From positions 33,790,001-33,854,000 of the forward strand of contig OX597819.1 in the NCBI GenBank assembly GCA_951406725.2: DNA of 64,000 bases, read 5' to 3'. The DNA comes from Octopus vulgaris (Eukaryota). The position numbers and the translations under genes are program-made. A model generated the notes under the pieces. The model searched no databases and was not told the DNA's origin. It was given only the letters and a program-made list of their open reading frames with translations. Positions within the stretch are counted from its first letter, which is position 1; every line of letters starts with the position of its first letter. Below are positions 25,308 through 37,900 of this stretch, in pieces.

Positions 25308-26180
25308 CAGTAATCTCTGACTATCCCAGGAGTTACATTCCAAAACCCGGAGACAGGTGAAAATCCATGAAGCAGAAACAGTACTGTACTCTATTTTTTT
25401 AAAATTATTTTTATAATTTGAATATATTTATTTTATTATAAATGCAAGACAACACCACACACTTGTCTCCCTAGTTTCGTTTTCCATACATTATGTGTGA
25501 TTCTTCGTTTACTCATTTATGGTACATTACATATTTTCTTTTAATATACCTTAATTAATGTGTTACACAGAGCAGTACTCTTTTACTCTTTTACTCTTTT
25601 ACTCTTTTACTTGTTTCAGTCATTTGACTGCGGCCATGCTGGAGCACCGCCTTTAGTCGAGCAAATCGACCCCGGGACTTATTCTTTGTAAGCCCAGTAC
25701 TTATTCTATCGGTCTCTTTTGCCGAATCGCTAAGTGATGGGGACGTAAACACACCAGCATCGGTTGTCAAGCAATGCTAGGGGGACAAACACACACACAC
25801 AAACACATACACACATACATATGTATATATATATACATATATACGACAGGCTTCTTTCAGTTTCCGTCTATCAAATCCACTCACAAGGCATTGGTCGGCC
25901 CAGGGCTATAGCAGAAGACACTTGCCCAGGATGCCACGCAGTGGGACTGAACCCGGAACCATGTGGTTGGTTAGCAAGCTACTTACCACACAGCCACTCC
26001 TGTGCATACCTTAATTAATGTGTTACACAGAGCAGTACAGTACTGTATTTTTATTTATTAATTTATTAATTTTTTGATATGAAAATACTTATTTTACCAC
26101 AGAAATAATTAAAAACTTAAAAAATATAAGTACCCATCAGTCACAGAGTCCCACAATATACTGAGCGAAGAGAGATTAAT
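25308..26180. mobile_element. Tigger/pogo-like MITE interrupted by SINE B
   Basis: TA|CAGTAATCTCTGACTATC left end; degenerate right end GAGAGATTAAT. Confidence 0.5.
25579..26005 (-). mobile_element. SINE family B
   Basis: Homology to family B; perfect 33-bp flanking direct repeat. Confidence 0.9.
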
Positions 26181-26441
26181 CTCTGTTCATGGCACAAATG
26201 GGAGCCCAGATGGCCCCTGTGCAAGGACAATCCAAACACAGACAGGTGTTGCGAAAGTCTCCACCTTTCATTTTCTCTCGTTTTGCTTGTATATATCATC
26301 ATCATCATCATCATCATCATTTAGCATCCGCTTTCCATGCTAGCATGGGTTGGACGGTTCAACTGGGGTCTGTGAAGCCAGAAGTGCATTTCATACTCAA
26401 ACTATTATATTTAATATATTTAATATATTTAATGTGTCTAA

Positions 26442-26845
26442 TTCTTTTTACTCTTTTATTCTTTTACATGTTTCAGTCATTTGACTGCAGCCATGCTGGA
26501 GCACCGCCTTAAAAGGTTTTAGCCAAAATTCCAGGACTTATTTTTTGTATGCCTATTACTTATTCTATTGGTCTCATTTGCCAAACTGCTAAATTACGAG
26601 ATGTAAACATGCCAACATCGATTGTCAGGTGATCGTGGGGGGCCAAACACAGACACAAAAACACACATACATAAATATATACATATATATATGATGGGCT
26701 TCTTTCAGTTTCTGTCCCTCTTCTGTTCCACTTACAAGGTTTTGATCAGCTCGAGGCTATAGTAGAAGACAATTGCTCAAGGTGCTATGCAGTGAGACTG
26801 AACCCAGAACCATGCAGTTGGGGAGCAAGCTTCTTACCATACAGA
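26442..26845 (-). mobile_element. SINE family B (diverged)
   Basis: Reverse-complement homology to family B. Confidence 0.8.
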
Positions 26846-28215
26846 CTTGCATTGGTTTTTTTTTTGTTTTTTTTTTGTTTTTTTTTTTGTAAATTTGAAT
26901 CTCGAAGCAGATAAGCTATAAACACTAGCTGACAAATATTAGTTTAAATTAAAAACACCTTTTGGATGAAAAATTTTGGAGGAAGCCTGTGGGACAAAAA
27001 CCTACATCTCTTGTAAACAAGACAAACTTTCTACCATTGGGTGCTATTCTTATAGCTTATCTGCTTCAAGATCCAATGTTCCAAAAAAAAAAAAAGAATT
27101 ATTCCATGTTCTTTTGAAGTTTTATAAATTCTTATGACGTCAACAAAATATATTTTCATTTTTCTAAAAATATCAAATCAGAAAGCAAAGGTTAAGGCTG
27201 TAATTTGCTGAACTCATGACAAGATAAAATAGAATATGATGCTTTTTACTCCATTACATTTACTTGCGTTATCAATTACACACCATTTTTTTGTTTTGAT
27301 TTTTTTGTTGTTGATTTTCGCTTGTTGCTGCTTTTAGCAATCCAAGTCACAGTAAATCTTGTTAAGTAGTTGATATTATTATTATTGGTGGTGGTGGTTG
27401 TGGCAGTAGTAGTAGTTGTTGTTATGAAGGTACATGTTATTACAGTACATGTTGTTACTACACTACATGTTGCTGTTATTACAGTAATGCTGTTACTACT
27501 ATGCCATGTTATTACAGTGCCCACGCACAACACATACTATATTCTCTTGCTGTCCATGTAAAAACATTGCCTATAGGACCATATAGTTCAATCACATGCC
27601 ACATGTGACCCACATTTCAAAAAAGGAAAAAGATAGGTTTTTTTGTTTCTGTTTCGTAATTTTTTATTTTTTTTTTTTGCAGTCAACAGATGTCATAGTT
27701 ATCTAGAAATATCTTTCTCACCCTTGCATACTAGAAAATACTAGGATATAAAACACAACATATATATATTGGAGCCTGGTGCAGCCTTCTGGCTTCCCAG
27801 AACCCCGGTCGAACCGTCCAACCCATGCTAGCATGGAGAACGGACGTTAAACGACGATGATGATGATGATGATATGTAGTGCAAGTTTTACATACACACA
27901 TACATATACACACACACACTCACAACTCACACACAAGTGCAGCCATAGCTGTGTTGTTAAGAAATATATGATTTTGGGTTCAATCCTACTTTATGGTATA
28001 TTATTAGGCAAAAGTTCCCAGGACAACCAAGACTTCAGGAATGAATTTGACAGGCAGAAACTTGAAAAGATGTAATTGATTATTTTCTGTGTAAAAGGGG
28101 TTTTCAGCCTAATGTTTACATGCTACTCTTTATAGCATCTTGTGAGCCTTGAGAGCAACTTATCCAATATATATATATATGTATATAAATTATTATTGGT
28201 GCATTGTTGTACCAC

Positions 28216-28251
<36 letters not shown>

Positions 28252-28531
28252 AAGGTCAACTTTGCCTTTCATCCTTTCAGGGGTTGATTAAATAAGGACC
28301 AGTTACGCACTGGGGTCGATATAATCGACTTAATCCGTTTGTCTGTCCTTGTTTGTCCCCTCTGTGTATAGCCCCTTGTGGGCAGTAAAGAATAAAGAAA
28401 CTATGCCAAAGCAGACATTGGAGCTCAGTGCAGAACTCTGACTCACTGGTACATATTGTACCATCCATCCCATGTCATCATGGAAGAAGGAATGTCAAAT
28501 GATGATGATGATGATGTATATGTATATATGT

Positions 28532-28839
28532 TACCATCACCGTGACCGACCAGGCTATCAGATGTTGTTACACCTCGCTGGTCACAATGCACTTCGCATT
28601 GTTTTAGCCTTCAAATGACGCCACCCCACTGGCTAAGAGAGCAGGCCAACAGAGGAAAGAGTGAGAGAAAGTGGTGGCGAAAGAGTACAGCAGGGATCGC
28701 CACCACCCCCTGCCGGAGCCTCGTGGAGCTTTGGGTGTTTTCACTCAATAAACATTCACAACGCCCGGTCTGGGAATTGAAACCATGATCCTACAACCGT
28801 GAATTTGCTGCCCTAACCACTGGGCCATTGCGCCTCCAC
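28532..28839 (-). mobile_element. SINE family C (tRNA-Arg-like head; resembles octopus OR-type SINEs)
   Basis: Homologous to 59044-59352; TSD GTATATATGT. The family name is from recall only. Confidence 0.85.
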
Positions 28840-29114
28840 GTATATATGTACGTATCTGTAAAAGTTCAAATTTACAAACAAGAGGTAAAAAAAAATGTAC
28901 CCAATACATAGAAGTAGAGTTGGTACATCTACTCAAAGGCAAGGGCTTTTGTCAATAGCTACTTAGGTTTCCTGAAGGTAAAAACAAGAGAAATAGTACT
29001 CAATACAGTAAGGATTGGTTATCTATGATAATCTGATAAACCATACAGTTGCTGCTCGGTTTCTCAATCCATATAATCATTTATACTAAAATAATGTAGA
29101 GTGACCCGCTATTC

Positions 29115-29506
29115 TTGAGGAGACCTGTTGAGTACGTCAAGTACGTCAACATCAAAATAAAAATTTTAATGAAAATTGTAGTTAAGACACCCATGCCGGT
29201 GACATGTAAAAAGCATCATCCGAACGTGGCAGATACTAGCGTCACCTGACTGGTGTCCATATCGGTGACACGTAAAAGCACCAACTGATCATGGCTGTTT
29301 GCCAGCCTGCTCTGGTCCCTGTGCCGGTGGCATGTAAAAAACACCCACTACACTCACGGAGTGGTTGGCGTTAGGAAGGGCATCCAGCTGTAGAAACACC
29401 GCCAAATCAGACTAGAGCCTGGTGCAGCCTCCATGGCTTACCAGACCCTGGTCGAACCGTCCAGCCCATGCTAGCATGGAAAATGGATGTTAAATGATGA
29501 TGATGA
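29115..29506 (+). mobile_element. RTE 3' UTR fragment
   Basis: Homologous to 11070-11402. Confidence 0.8.
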
Positions 29507-29805
29507 ATGTTTCTTCTTCCTTTCATTGCTTTCTGTAGCTCTCTCTCCCTCTCCCCCTCTCCCTCTTCTCTCTCTCTCTCTCATTCACTGAAAGAAGGAT
29601 GAGTTAATCAGTTAACAAAGAAGAACATTCAGCAATTTTATAATGTTGCCACTACTTACAGTATAGAAGAGGAGTTATTCTATTCTCTGTAGTATTTATC
29701 TGTAGTTAATCAAGGTAATCTGAGTTATTATAAAGATTAGTGTCTTGAAAACAGCACAATTCAAACATAATTATAGTATGTGAGCTGGCAGTGGCATTTT
29801 GCCTG

Positions 29806-30180
29806 TACTCTTTTACTCTTTTACTCTTTTACTTGTTTCAGTCATTTGACTGCGGCCATGCTGGAGCACCACCTTTTAGTACTTATTCTATCGGTCTCTT
29901 TTGCCGAACCGCTAAGTGACGGGGACGTAAACACACCAGCATCGGTTGTCAAGCAATGCTAGGGGGGCAAACACAGACACACAAACACACACACATATAC
30001 ATATATATGCATATATACGACAGGCTTCTTTCAGTTTCCGTCTACCAAATCCACTCACAAGGCATTGGTCGGCCCAGGGCTATAGCAGAAGACACTTGCC
30101 CAAGATGCCACGCAGTGGGACTGAACCGGCAACCGTGTGGTTGGTTAGCAAGCTACTTACCACACAGCCACTCCTGCGCC
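29806..30180 (-). mobile_element. SINE family B
   Basis: Reverse-complement homology to family B. Confidence 0.9.
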
Positions 30181-30500
30181 TTCACTTTCTGTCTTCACTT
30201 TCTGAATTCAAATTCTGCCAAGGTTGACTTTGCCTTTCGTTCTTTAAAATTAGTTCTAGTTGAACATTGGGATCTATGTCATTGACTTAGACCCCTCCCC
30301 CGAAATTGCTGGCCTCGTTCCAAATTTTGAAATCATTTGAAACCAATAATAATTCCCTCCATGGATACTCAGAGTTACATTTTATGAGCTGTTCATTCAG
30401 AGTATCTAGTATGTCTGCTCTACCTGGGGTCTCAATATAAAACACAAAAGCATGCATAGACACACATTAACACAACTGTTTATGTAGCTTTGAGTATGCA

Positions 30501-30544
<44 letters not shown>

Positions 30545-31266
30545 CGCGCGCGCATATGTGGTGCATGTAAGTAAACAATTCTTGCTATCAAAATATTTGC
30601 ACAAACTTTTTTCATAGTGATAAGGCCATTTGTTGATAATTTATTGTATTAATGCCTGTTGCCTACCTTGACTATTTAATCACAGCATATCCCAAACTCT
30701 CTCTCTTTCTCTCTCTCTCTTTATCAGTCTAATTACCTGAGTTTGTATGTGTGTGTGTGTGTGTGTGCATGTGTGAGTGTAGGTGCCAGACAGAGAGTAG
30801 ATATGGGTGGGCATACACACTCACAAATGCATACATATTCACACATATCCATGCATGCACCCACACACCCACTCACACACACACACACACACTCACTCAC
30901 AGAGTAATGTTTTGTTTGACATTAGATTTGACAGCAGACTTCTTTATTAGGTGAAAAGTTAAATTATCGATCAGTCTGTTTATATAATTCTAAATTTACG
31001 ATGATAATTGAATTAGTCTATGTTTTTTAGTATATAGTGTGCAGCTGTAGAGTAAGGAGAGAGAGAGAGAGAGAGAGAGAAGAGAAGGAAAGACAAAGAG
31101 AGAGAGAGAGAGTGAGGAGGATGAGGAAGAGAGTTTAAAAAATGAACAACAAAAAACATAGAGTAGAATGTTTCCTTAGCAAACAAGCATACATGCAGTC
31201 AAACATACAAACATAAAAGCGCTGTGATATATTTAGAGAATATATCTATAATTGGATACAAACATA

Positions 31267-31935
31267 CAAGGTGGTATCAAACAGTTCCTGGATATGTTAT
31301 GTTTAATAAGAAATAACTTATTTTCCTAAGTTTTAACATCATCTCCTTTGAAATAGTCACCTTGCACAGCAATACACCTGTCCCAGCATTCCTACCACTT
31401 TTGGAATCCAGCCTGGAAGTTATTTTCTGTAACCAAGTCAAGGACCTTCTGTGATTCGCTCTGTATCTCAACAATGGTGTTAAAACAGCAACCTTTTGAG
31501 CTGCATTTTCATTTAGGGGAAGAGATGGAAGTCTGCAAGTGCTAAATATGGCAAATAGGGCAGGTGCAAAAGCGATACCATGTTGTTTTTGGTGAGAAAC
31601 CCATGAGTGACAAGAGCTCAGTGATGGTGCATTTTCGTTGTGAAGAATCCAATACTTCATGCTCCACAGATTTGGTTGCTTTCACTAGATGCCCCCCCCC
31701 CACACACTCAAATGCTTCAAAACGCAATAGGACTCTTGATTGGTGATCTGGCCCTTGGGGAAGATTTCTCAATGTACAAGACCACATTTCCGGGGGTGAC
31801 GTTTGTGGCAAATCTTCCAGATCCCTCATCATCTTCTAAGGGTATTCTGCCACTACTGAAGTGCCTGTGTTACTCAAAATATTGTCTACGACTCATTGCC
31901 TCATTGCAGTAAGCTGCCAAAGCATGCTCAATGTC
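31267..31935 (-). pseudogene. Mariner transposase relic with internal deletion
   Basis: AYCNEAMSRRQYFE*..GRIPLEDDEGSGR (HTH), LPQG, WILHNENAPS (HHDNAP-like); TA|CAAGGTGGTATCAAACAGTTCC TIR. Confidence 0.8.
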
Positions 31936-31940
31936 CCATA

Positions 31941-32293
31941 TTTCTTTATTGGCCACAAGGGGCTAAACATAGAGGGGACAAACAAGGACAGACAAAAGGA
32001 TTAAGTCGATTACATTGACCCCAGTATGCAACTGGTACTTAATTTATCGACACTGAAAGGATGAAAGGCAATGTCGACCTTGGCGGAATTTGAACTACTA
32101 CTCCTGCGCCTGGTGAGAATATTACATCAATTCTTTTCTACTCTAGGCACAATGCCCGAAATTTTGGGGGAGAGGGCCACTTGATTAAATCAACCCCAGT
32201 ATGCTACTGGTACTTAATTTATCAACCCCAAATGGATGAAAGGCAAAGTTAACCTCGGCGGAATTTGAACTCAGTCAGCGGAATTTCAACTCA
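31941..32293 (-). mobile_element. Two 5'-truncated SINE A copies
   Basis: Copies at 31941-32096 and 32134-32293; the second is flanked by ATATTACATCMATTC. Confidence 0.8.
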
Positions 32294-32625
32294 GCTATAT
32301 TACATCCATTCAAACTGTAACTAGAAAGCTAGAATAACAAAAGAATACTTCACAAGATCTCACAAAATATATTTGCATTCGATAAGTGCCAGTGCTAGTA
32401 ACCAACATTTGGCATGCTAGAATGAATTAACAAGTACAAATGTACTCACTTACTCCCCTACACACATATATATACACACATATATACACACATATACACA
32501 CACACACTAACTCGCTCACATGATCATGAATCTCTTGACTTAAACAAAAAGGGCCTTGTCACTTTGTTAGCGGCCATCTTACATTCTGTGAAGAACTTAA
32601 CTACATCTCAAAAGTAATATATATA

Positions 32626-32660
<35 letters not shown>

Positions 32661-32791
32661 TCTGAGTCGACGTCTAAATTCCAGTGAAAGAGACTTTTTC
32701 TAGGTTAGAAACAGGCTCTTTGTCTGTTGGAGAGAAAGCAAAAGTGTGGGTAGATGAATGGACAAACAGACAGACACAGAACAACTGACAA

Positions 32792-32827
<36 letters not shown>

Positions 32828-33284
32828 GGATACCTAAGTCAAAATAGAGATCTATTCATGTAATGACATCTGTGCTTGTGCACATACACACATGTATGCA
32901 TACACACACATACACACACACTTAAAGCACATACATGCATTCATTAAACACATATATACACACATTTGCATATGCATGTGTTATGAAAATGTATGTGTGT
33001 GTGTGTGTGTATGCAAATATGTATGCATGTGTTATGGTTTGTGCATGTGTACACATATAAGAACAAACAATATAACGCGTTTACATTTCTGGATACATTA
33101 TCCAAAACTGTCAAAGGTCATAGATTCTTTTAAAGGTCAAGCAAAAAGATAAATTATATTTTTGCAAAATATCCTTATTTGTAAATGTGAAAAGCATGTT
33201 TTTTTCAAAATTAATGGCAAGATCAAAGATGCGTTAAAAATAGTTTCATTTCCAACTCGAACCAACCATTATCATACATGCGTA

Positions 33285-33490
33285 CAAGAATGGTTGTTTG
33301 AGCGAGAAGTTTGATTTGTAACTACATGGTCTTTGGTTCAATCTCATTCTGCAACCAGATGGTCTTGGGTTAAGTCCCACAGTGCAGCGCTTCGAGCAAA
33401 GTGTCTTCTATTGTAATCTTAGGCTGACCAATGCCGTGTGGATAAATTTGGTAGAAAGAAATTATGTGGAAGCCCATAGTGTGTGCATGT

Positions 33491-33533
<43 letters not shown>

Positions 33534-33985
33534 CATGTATATGTGTGTGTATGTTTGTGTGTTTATATAGGTATGAATGTGCGTGTGCATGTGTGTGTGT
33601 CTGTTTATGCATGTATGAATGTGTGTGTATGTTTGTGTATTTATATATGTATGAATGTGTGTGTGCGCGTGGGTGTGTGTTTATGCATGTAAGAATGTGT
33701 GTATGTGTGTTTAAGTTTGTACGTGTGTGTTTTTGTGTGTTTATGTATGTGCGAGTGTGTTTATGTGTGTATGTGTGTGTGTGTTTATGTTTGTTCCCAC
33801 CACCACTTGACAACCAATGTTGCTTTGTTTACATCCTCATAACTTAACAGTTTGGCAAAAGAGACAGATAGAATAAGTTCCAGATTTAAAAGCATTAGCT
33901 ACCAGGGTCAATTAATTTGACTAAAACCCTCCTGGGCAATGCTCCAGCATGGCTGCGTCCCAATGACTGAGTCAAATGAAAGTGA
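33285..33985 (+). mobile_element. SINE family B with expanded internal (TG)/(TATG) tract
   Basis: Head and tail homologous to family B; about 310 bp of internal repeat. Confidence 0.75.
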
Positions 33986-34106
33986 AGTATCAACATCTCA
34001 ACAAAAGAACCATTAGTTTATATCCACCCACAATTATTGTTTTGTGGGTAAGACATTAAGAATACTTTGGTTTATTTATTTGACAGTAGAATATGTGTAC
34101 CATATA

Positions 34107-34497
34107 GACGCAGGAGTGGCTGTGTGGTAAGTAGCTTGCTAACCAGCCACATGGTTGCGGGTTCAGTCCCACTGCATGGCATCTTGAGCAAGTGTCTTCT
34201 GCTATAGCCCCGGGCCGACCAATGCCTTGTGAGTGGATTTGGTAGACGGAAACTGAAAGAAGCCTGTCGTATATATGTATATATGTATATGTGTCTGTGT
34301 TTGTCCCCCTAGCATTGCTTGACAACCGATGCTGGTGTGTTTACGTCCCCGTCACTTAGCGGTTCGGCAAAAGAGACCGATAGAATAAGTACTGGGCTTA
34401 CAAAGAATAAGTCCCGGGGTCGATTTGATCGACTAAAGGCGGTGCTCCAGCATGGCCACAGTCAAATGACTGAAACAAGTAAAAGAGTAAAAGAGGG
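34107..34497 (+). mobile_element. SINE family B
   Basis: Near-consensus copy. Confidence 0.9.
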
Positions 34498-34574
34498 AGA
34501 GAGAGTATAGTGAGAATTGATTATAGACTAACAAATTCATTGGACAGGAGAGGAGAGGGACATCACCATAATTT

Positions 34575-35000
34575 TTTTTACATCCACTTTTCCATGGTTG
34601 CATGGGTTGGAAGTATCCAAACCAACAGGTGCCTTGCTATTTGTTATGTTCCTTTGTAAGATTTAACATCCTGAGATCAGCTTTCACCACTTCTGATCAT
34701 GTTTCCTTTGATTTTTTTTCCTCTTCCACAGTTTCACTCAGATTTCCCAAGACTTCTTTTCCAGTCTCTCATCATTACACAGACATCTTGCACATAATAA
34801 CCAATTCCTCTGATAAACAGTTTTTTTTTTTACTCATACATACTAACATTACACATCCAGCAGAGCATACTAGTTTCACTGTTGTCTAGCCTTCACACAT
34901 TCCTTACTCTCATTGCTGACATCACACTTTGTACACAAGCAACATACAATTTGTTCTTCACTCAAAAGAGAAAATCCTCATGCTGCTGTTCTTTTTCCTC
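34575..35000 (-). mobile_element. Highly degraded RTE 3' fragment
   Basis: Tail motif CCATGGTTGCATGGGTTGGA and patchy similarity to 245-900. Confidence 0.5.
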
Positions 35001-35059
35001 TCTATTCATATTTTAGCTTTCAGTACATCCTCTTCCCCAGCTGATAATGTCCCCTAGGT

Positions 35060-35765
35060 CAGTGCTACTCAAAGTGGTGGTCTACAGACCCGGTGACAAT
35101 CCATGAGCCATCAGCTGCTGGTATGCGGTGAGTTTCCAGAAAAGAAAGAAACATTATAAAATGCTTATGTAATATTGTATTATTTGTAAGGTGGTAAGCT
35201 GGCAGAAACGTTAGCACGCTGGATGAAATGCTTAGCAGTATTTCGTCTGTCGTTACGTTGTGAGTTCAAATTCCGCTGAGGTTGACTTTGCCTTTTATCC
35301 TTTCAGGGTCGATAAATTAAGTACCAGTTCCGGACTGGGGTCGATGTAATCGACTTAATACCTATGTCTGTCCTTGTTTGTCCCCTCTATGTTTAGCCCC
35401 TTGTGGGTAATAAAGAAATAGGTATCTCATTGGTCTTTACATTCTGAGTTCAAATTCTGCTGAGGTCAACTTTGCCTCTCATCCTTTCGGGGTAAATAAA
35501 TTAAGTACCAGTTTTGTACTGGGGTCATTCTAATCAACTATTTCTCTCCCCAAAAATTTCGAGCCTTGTGCCTAGAGTAGAAAAGAATATTGTATTATTT
35601 GTTTACAAAATAAATAAAAGATAAAAAAAATTGTCAACTTTTATTATATTTATTATATATCTTGTTACCAGTATAAATTGATATTACTAAGAAATATTAT
35701 CGGTCCATGGCACATTGGAATAAAAAACTGCCAGTATGCCACATCAGACAGTTTGAGAAGCACTG
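35060..35765 (+). mobile_element. hAT-Charlie-type MITE containing a dimeric SINE A
   Basis: TIRs CAGTGCTACTCAAA / TTTGAGAAGCACTG; TSD CCCTAGGT/ACCTAGGT; second copy at 57797-58508. Confidence 0.85.
35188..35585 (+). mobile_element. Dimeric SINE A
   Basis: Monomer plus a partial second monomer, inside one 17-bp TSD AATATTGTATTATTTGT (35171-35187, 35586-35602). Confidence 0.85.
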
Positions 35766-36139
35766 ACCTAGGTAACAGAAGCTATCAACTATTTCTAAAG
35801 GGTCGTTTAGATAAATACTGCTTGGGCTAAGATGGAGAAAATATCACCAACTAACTAGAATCTTTGAAACACAAAGCTTAAAATATATAAAATTATTACT
35901 AAATCATCAAATATATAGTGTAGAAAATTGGTTCATAAGATTCTGTCTTCTTCACTATTTACATTTGTCTGAATGTCTTTATAGTTGACATACTGATAAA
36001 AGTGTAATAATTCTTTTTATGGGTTTACAAAAGCTCAGCATCTTTTTCTTTTTCTTTTTTTTAAGCTCCAAGTATCCCTGGAGTCAGCTCCTGCAGTAAG
36101 ATACTGATGTAGGTACTAGTGTAGAATTTGTTGACTTAC

Positions 36140-36180
36140 AGTGCTGACCATAATAATAATAAATGTCTTCTAGCTGCCAT
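36140..36180 (-). CDS. Candidate first coding exon (MAARRHLLLLWSAL..., signal-peptide-like) of an unidentified gene
   Basis: Acceptor TTATTTTTAG ending at 36189, Kozak-like ACAATGG, donor CT|GTAAGT at 36139. Unique sequence, but no homology evidence. Confidence 0.3.
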
Positions 36181-37128
36181 TGTTAAAACTAAAAATAATT
36201 GTTAAATGATATTAGTGAAACATATTGACAAAAAATTGGATGGGTCAGTGATATACACAATAGAGTTAGCTTCTTCTTTTTCTCTGGTACCGACACCTTA
36301 TTTATCCACAGATATTTTAAGCGATCAATCTGGAATCATTATCATCAATTACTAGCTAATCTACAGATGGAACATTATGATGTAACACCACCATTAAGTT
36401 ATTGGGTCTCTAGACTGCCTCTACCACAAACTGATTTTCTCTTGAAATGATCAATCAGGAAAGAGAAAAAAATGATTTTCATAGATTTACCCATCACAGC
36501 TAGACAACAGGCCATTTATCGTTTCTAGAATCAATTACGTGGTTAACGTTTATTCCAGTACACACAGTGCCATGTCAAACTACCTGTAATTAGCTAGACA
36601 CCTAAAAACTGGGAAAAACAACTATCTTGAAACTTCCTCATCTCTCTTTTTCTCCTTTGCTCTCTCTCTCTCTCTCTCTCTTCCTTACTTAAACCAGACA
36701 AAAAAAAAAGAAAAATACATACACACAAAAACAGCCATAAATCATTGATTTTTAGATTCAAACTGTGAGCAAAGTTGAAAATCCTCACTTGATAAATTGC
36801 AAGGAATTACAAATATTCTGAAATGATTACAACCACTATCTTTAAATGGACACTCAATCTGCTAGAAATAGCAGCCAATTTACACTTGAATTACCCTACT
36901 ACCATAAAAACGGAAGGGACACATGTAGTCCTAGATAATGATAAAAATATGGAATGGCCAAGCTTGGAATATCTTTGATCATAGGTTTACTCAATCAGAG
37001 CTAAGCTGGGATTAAAACAACAAAAAGGCTACCAATTTTAGAGAAAGTTTGCAACTAAAACTTGCATATTTAAAGAATACAAATTCATTGCTATATTGTA
37101 CTAATACACACACACACACACACATATA

Positions 37129-37525
37129 TCTTTATATATAAAAGTCAAGTTGTGATTCTGTCTCCTACGATTTAGATTCCTAACTACTCCCACATTTTGC
37201 GGTGCAGTTTAACCAAAAGCGGGTATCTTATAGTCGTGATTCATATCAAGCCCTTCTGGGTATTGGCGCGCGTCTACGATGAGTCTACGATTTAAAAAAA
37301 AAATTACCATCATTTTTTCCATTTTAATGCATTTTTTCACTATTATATAGGGGAAGTAACTCTCTAAAAATGTCTACGATGAGTCAACGATTTAAAAAAA
37401 AATTTACCATAATTTTTTTCCCATTTTTAATGCATTTTTTTGCTATTTTTTGGCTATAACTCTCTAAAAATGCTTATATAGTTATTTCCCTTACAAACCC
37501 GAGCAACGCCGGACGATACTGCTAG
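37129..37525 (+). mobile_element. Non-autonomous Helitron
   Basis: A|TC 5' end; subterminal hairpin CCCGAGCAACGCCGG; CTAG|T 3' end; no TSD; two ~100-bp internal repeats (37272-37471). Confidence 0.85.
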
Positions 37526-37542
37526 TATATATATATATATAT

Positions 37543-37900
37543 TCTTTTACTTCCTTCAGTTATTTGACTGCAGTTATGCTGGAACACTATGTTAAGGAAT
37601 TTTTTAGTTGAGGAAATCAACCCCCAGTACTTAGTATTTGCAAGCCTAGTACTTATTCTATCAATCTCTTTTGTATGTGTGTGTATGCTTGTGTGTCTGT
37701 GTTTGCGCCCCCCCCCCCTCAACCATCGCTTGACAACCGATGTTGGTGTGTTTACATCCCCGTAACTTAGCGGGTCAGCAAAAGAGACCGATAGGAATAA
37801 GTACTGGGCTTACAAAGTCCTGGGGGGTCGACTTGCTCGACTAAAGGCGGTGCTCCAGCTTGGCCACAGTCAAACGACTGAAACAAATAAAAGAAAAAGG
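37543..37900. mobile_element. Two SINE B 3' parts fused in inverted orientation
   Basis: 37543-37672 (-) abuts 37673-37900 (+). Confidence 0.8.

Noticed and set aside
28900-28995. Strong minus-strand acceptor TTTCTCTTGTTTTTACCTTCAG
   Set aside because: Stops in all three frames within about 21 nt; could only be a UTR or non-coding exon, and there is no evidence for either.
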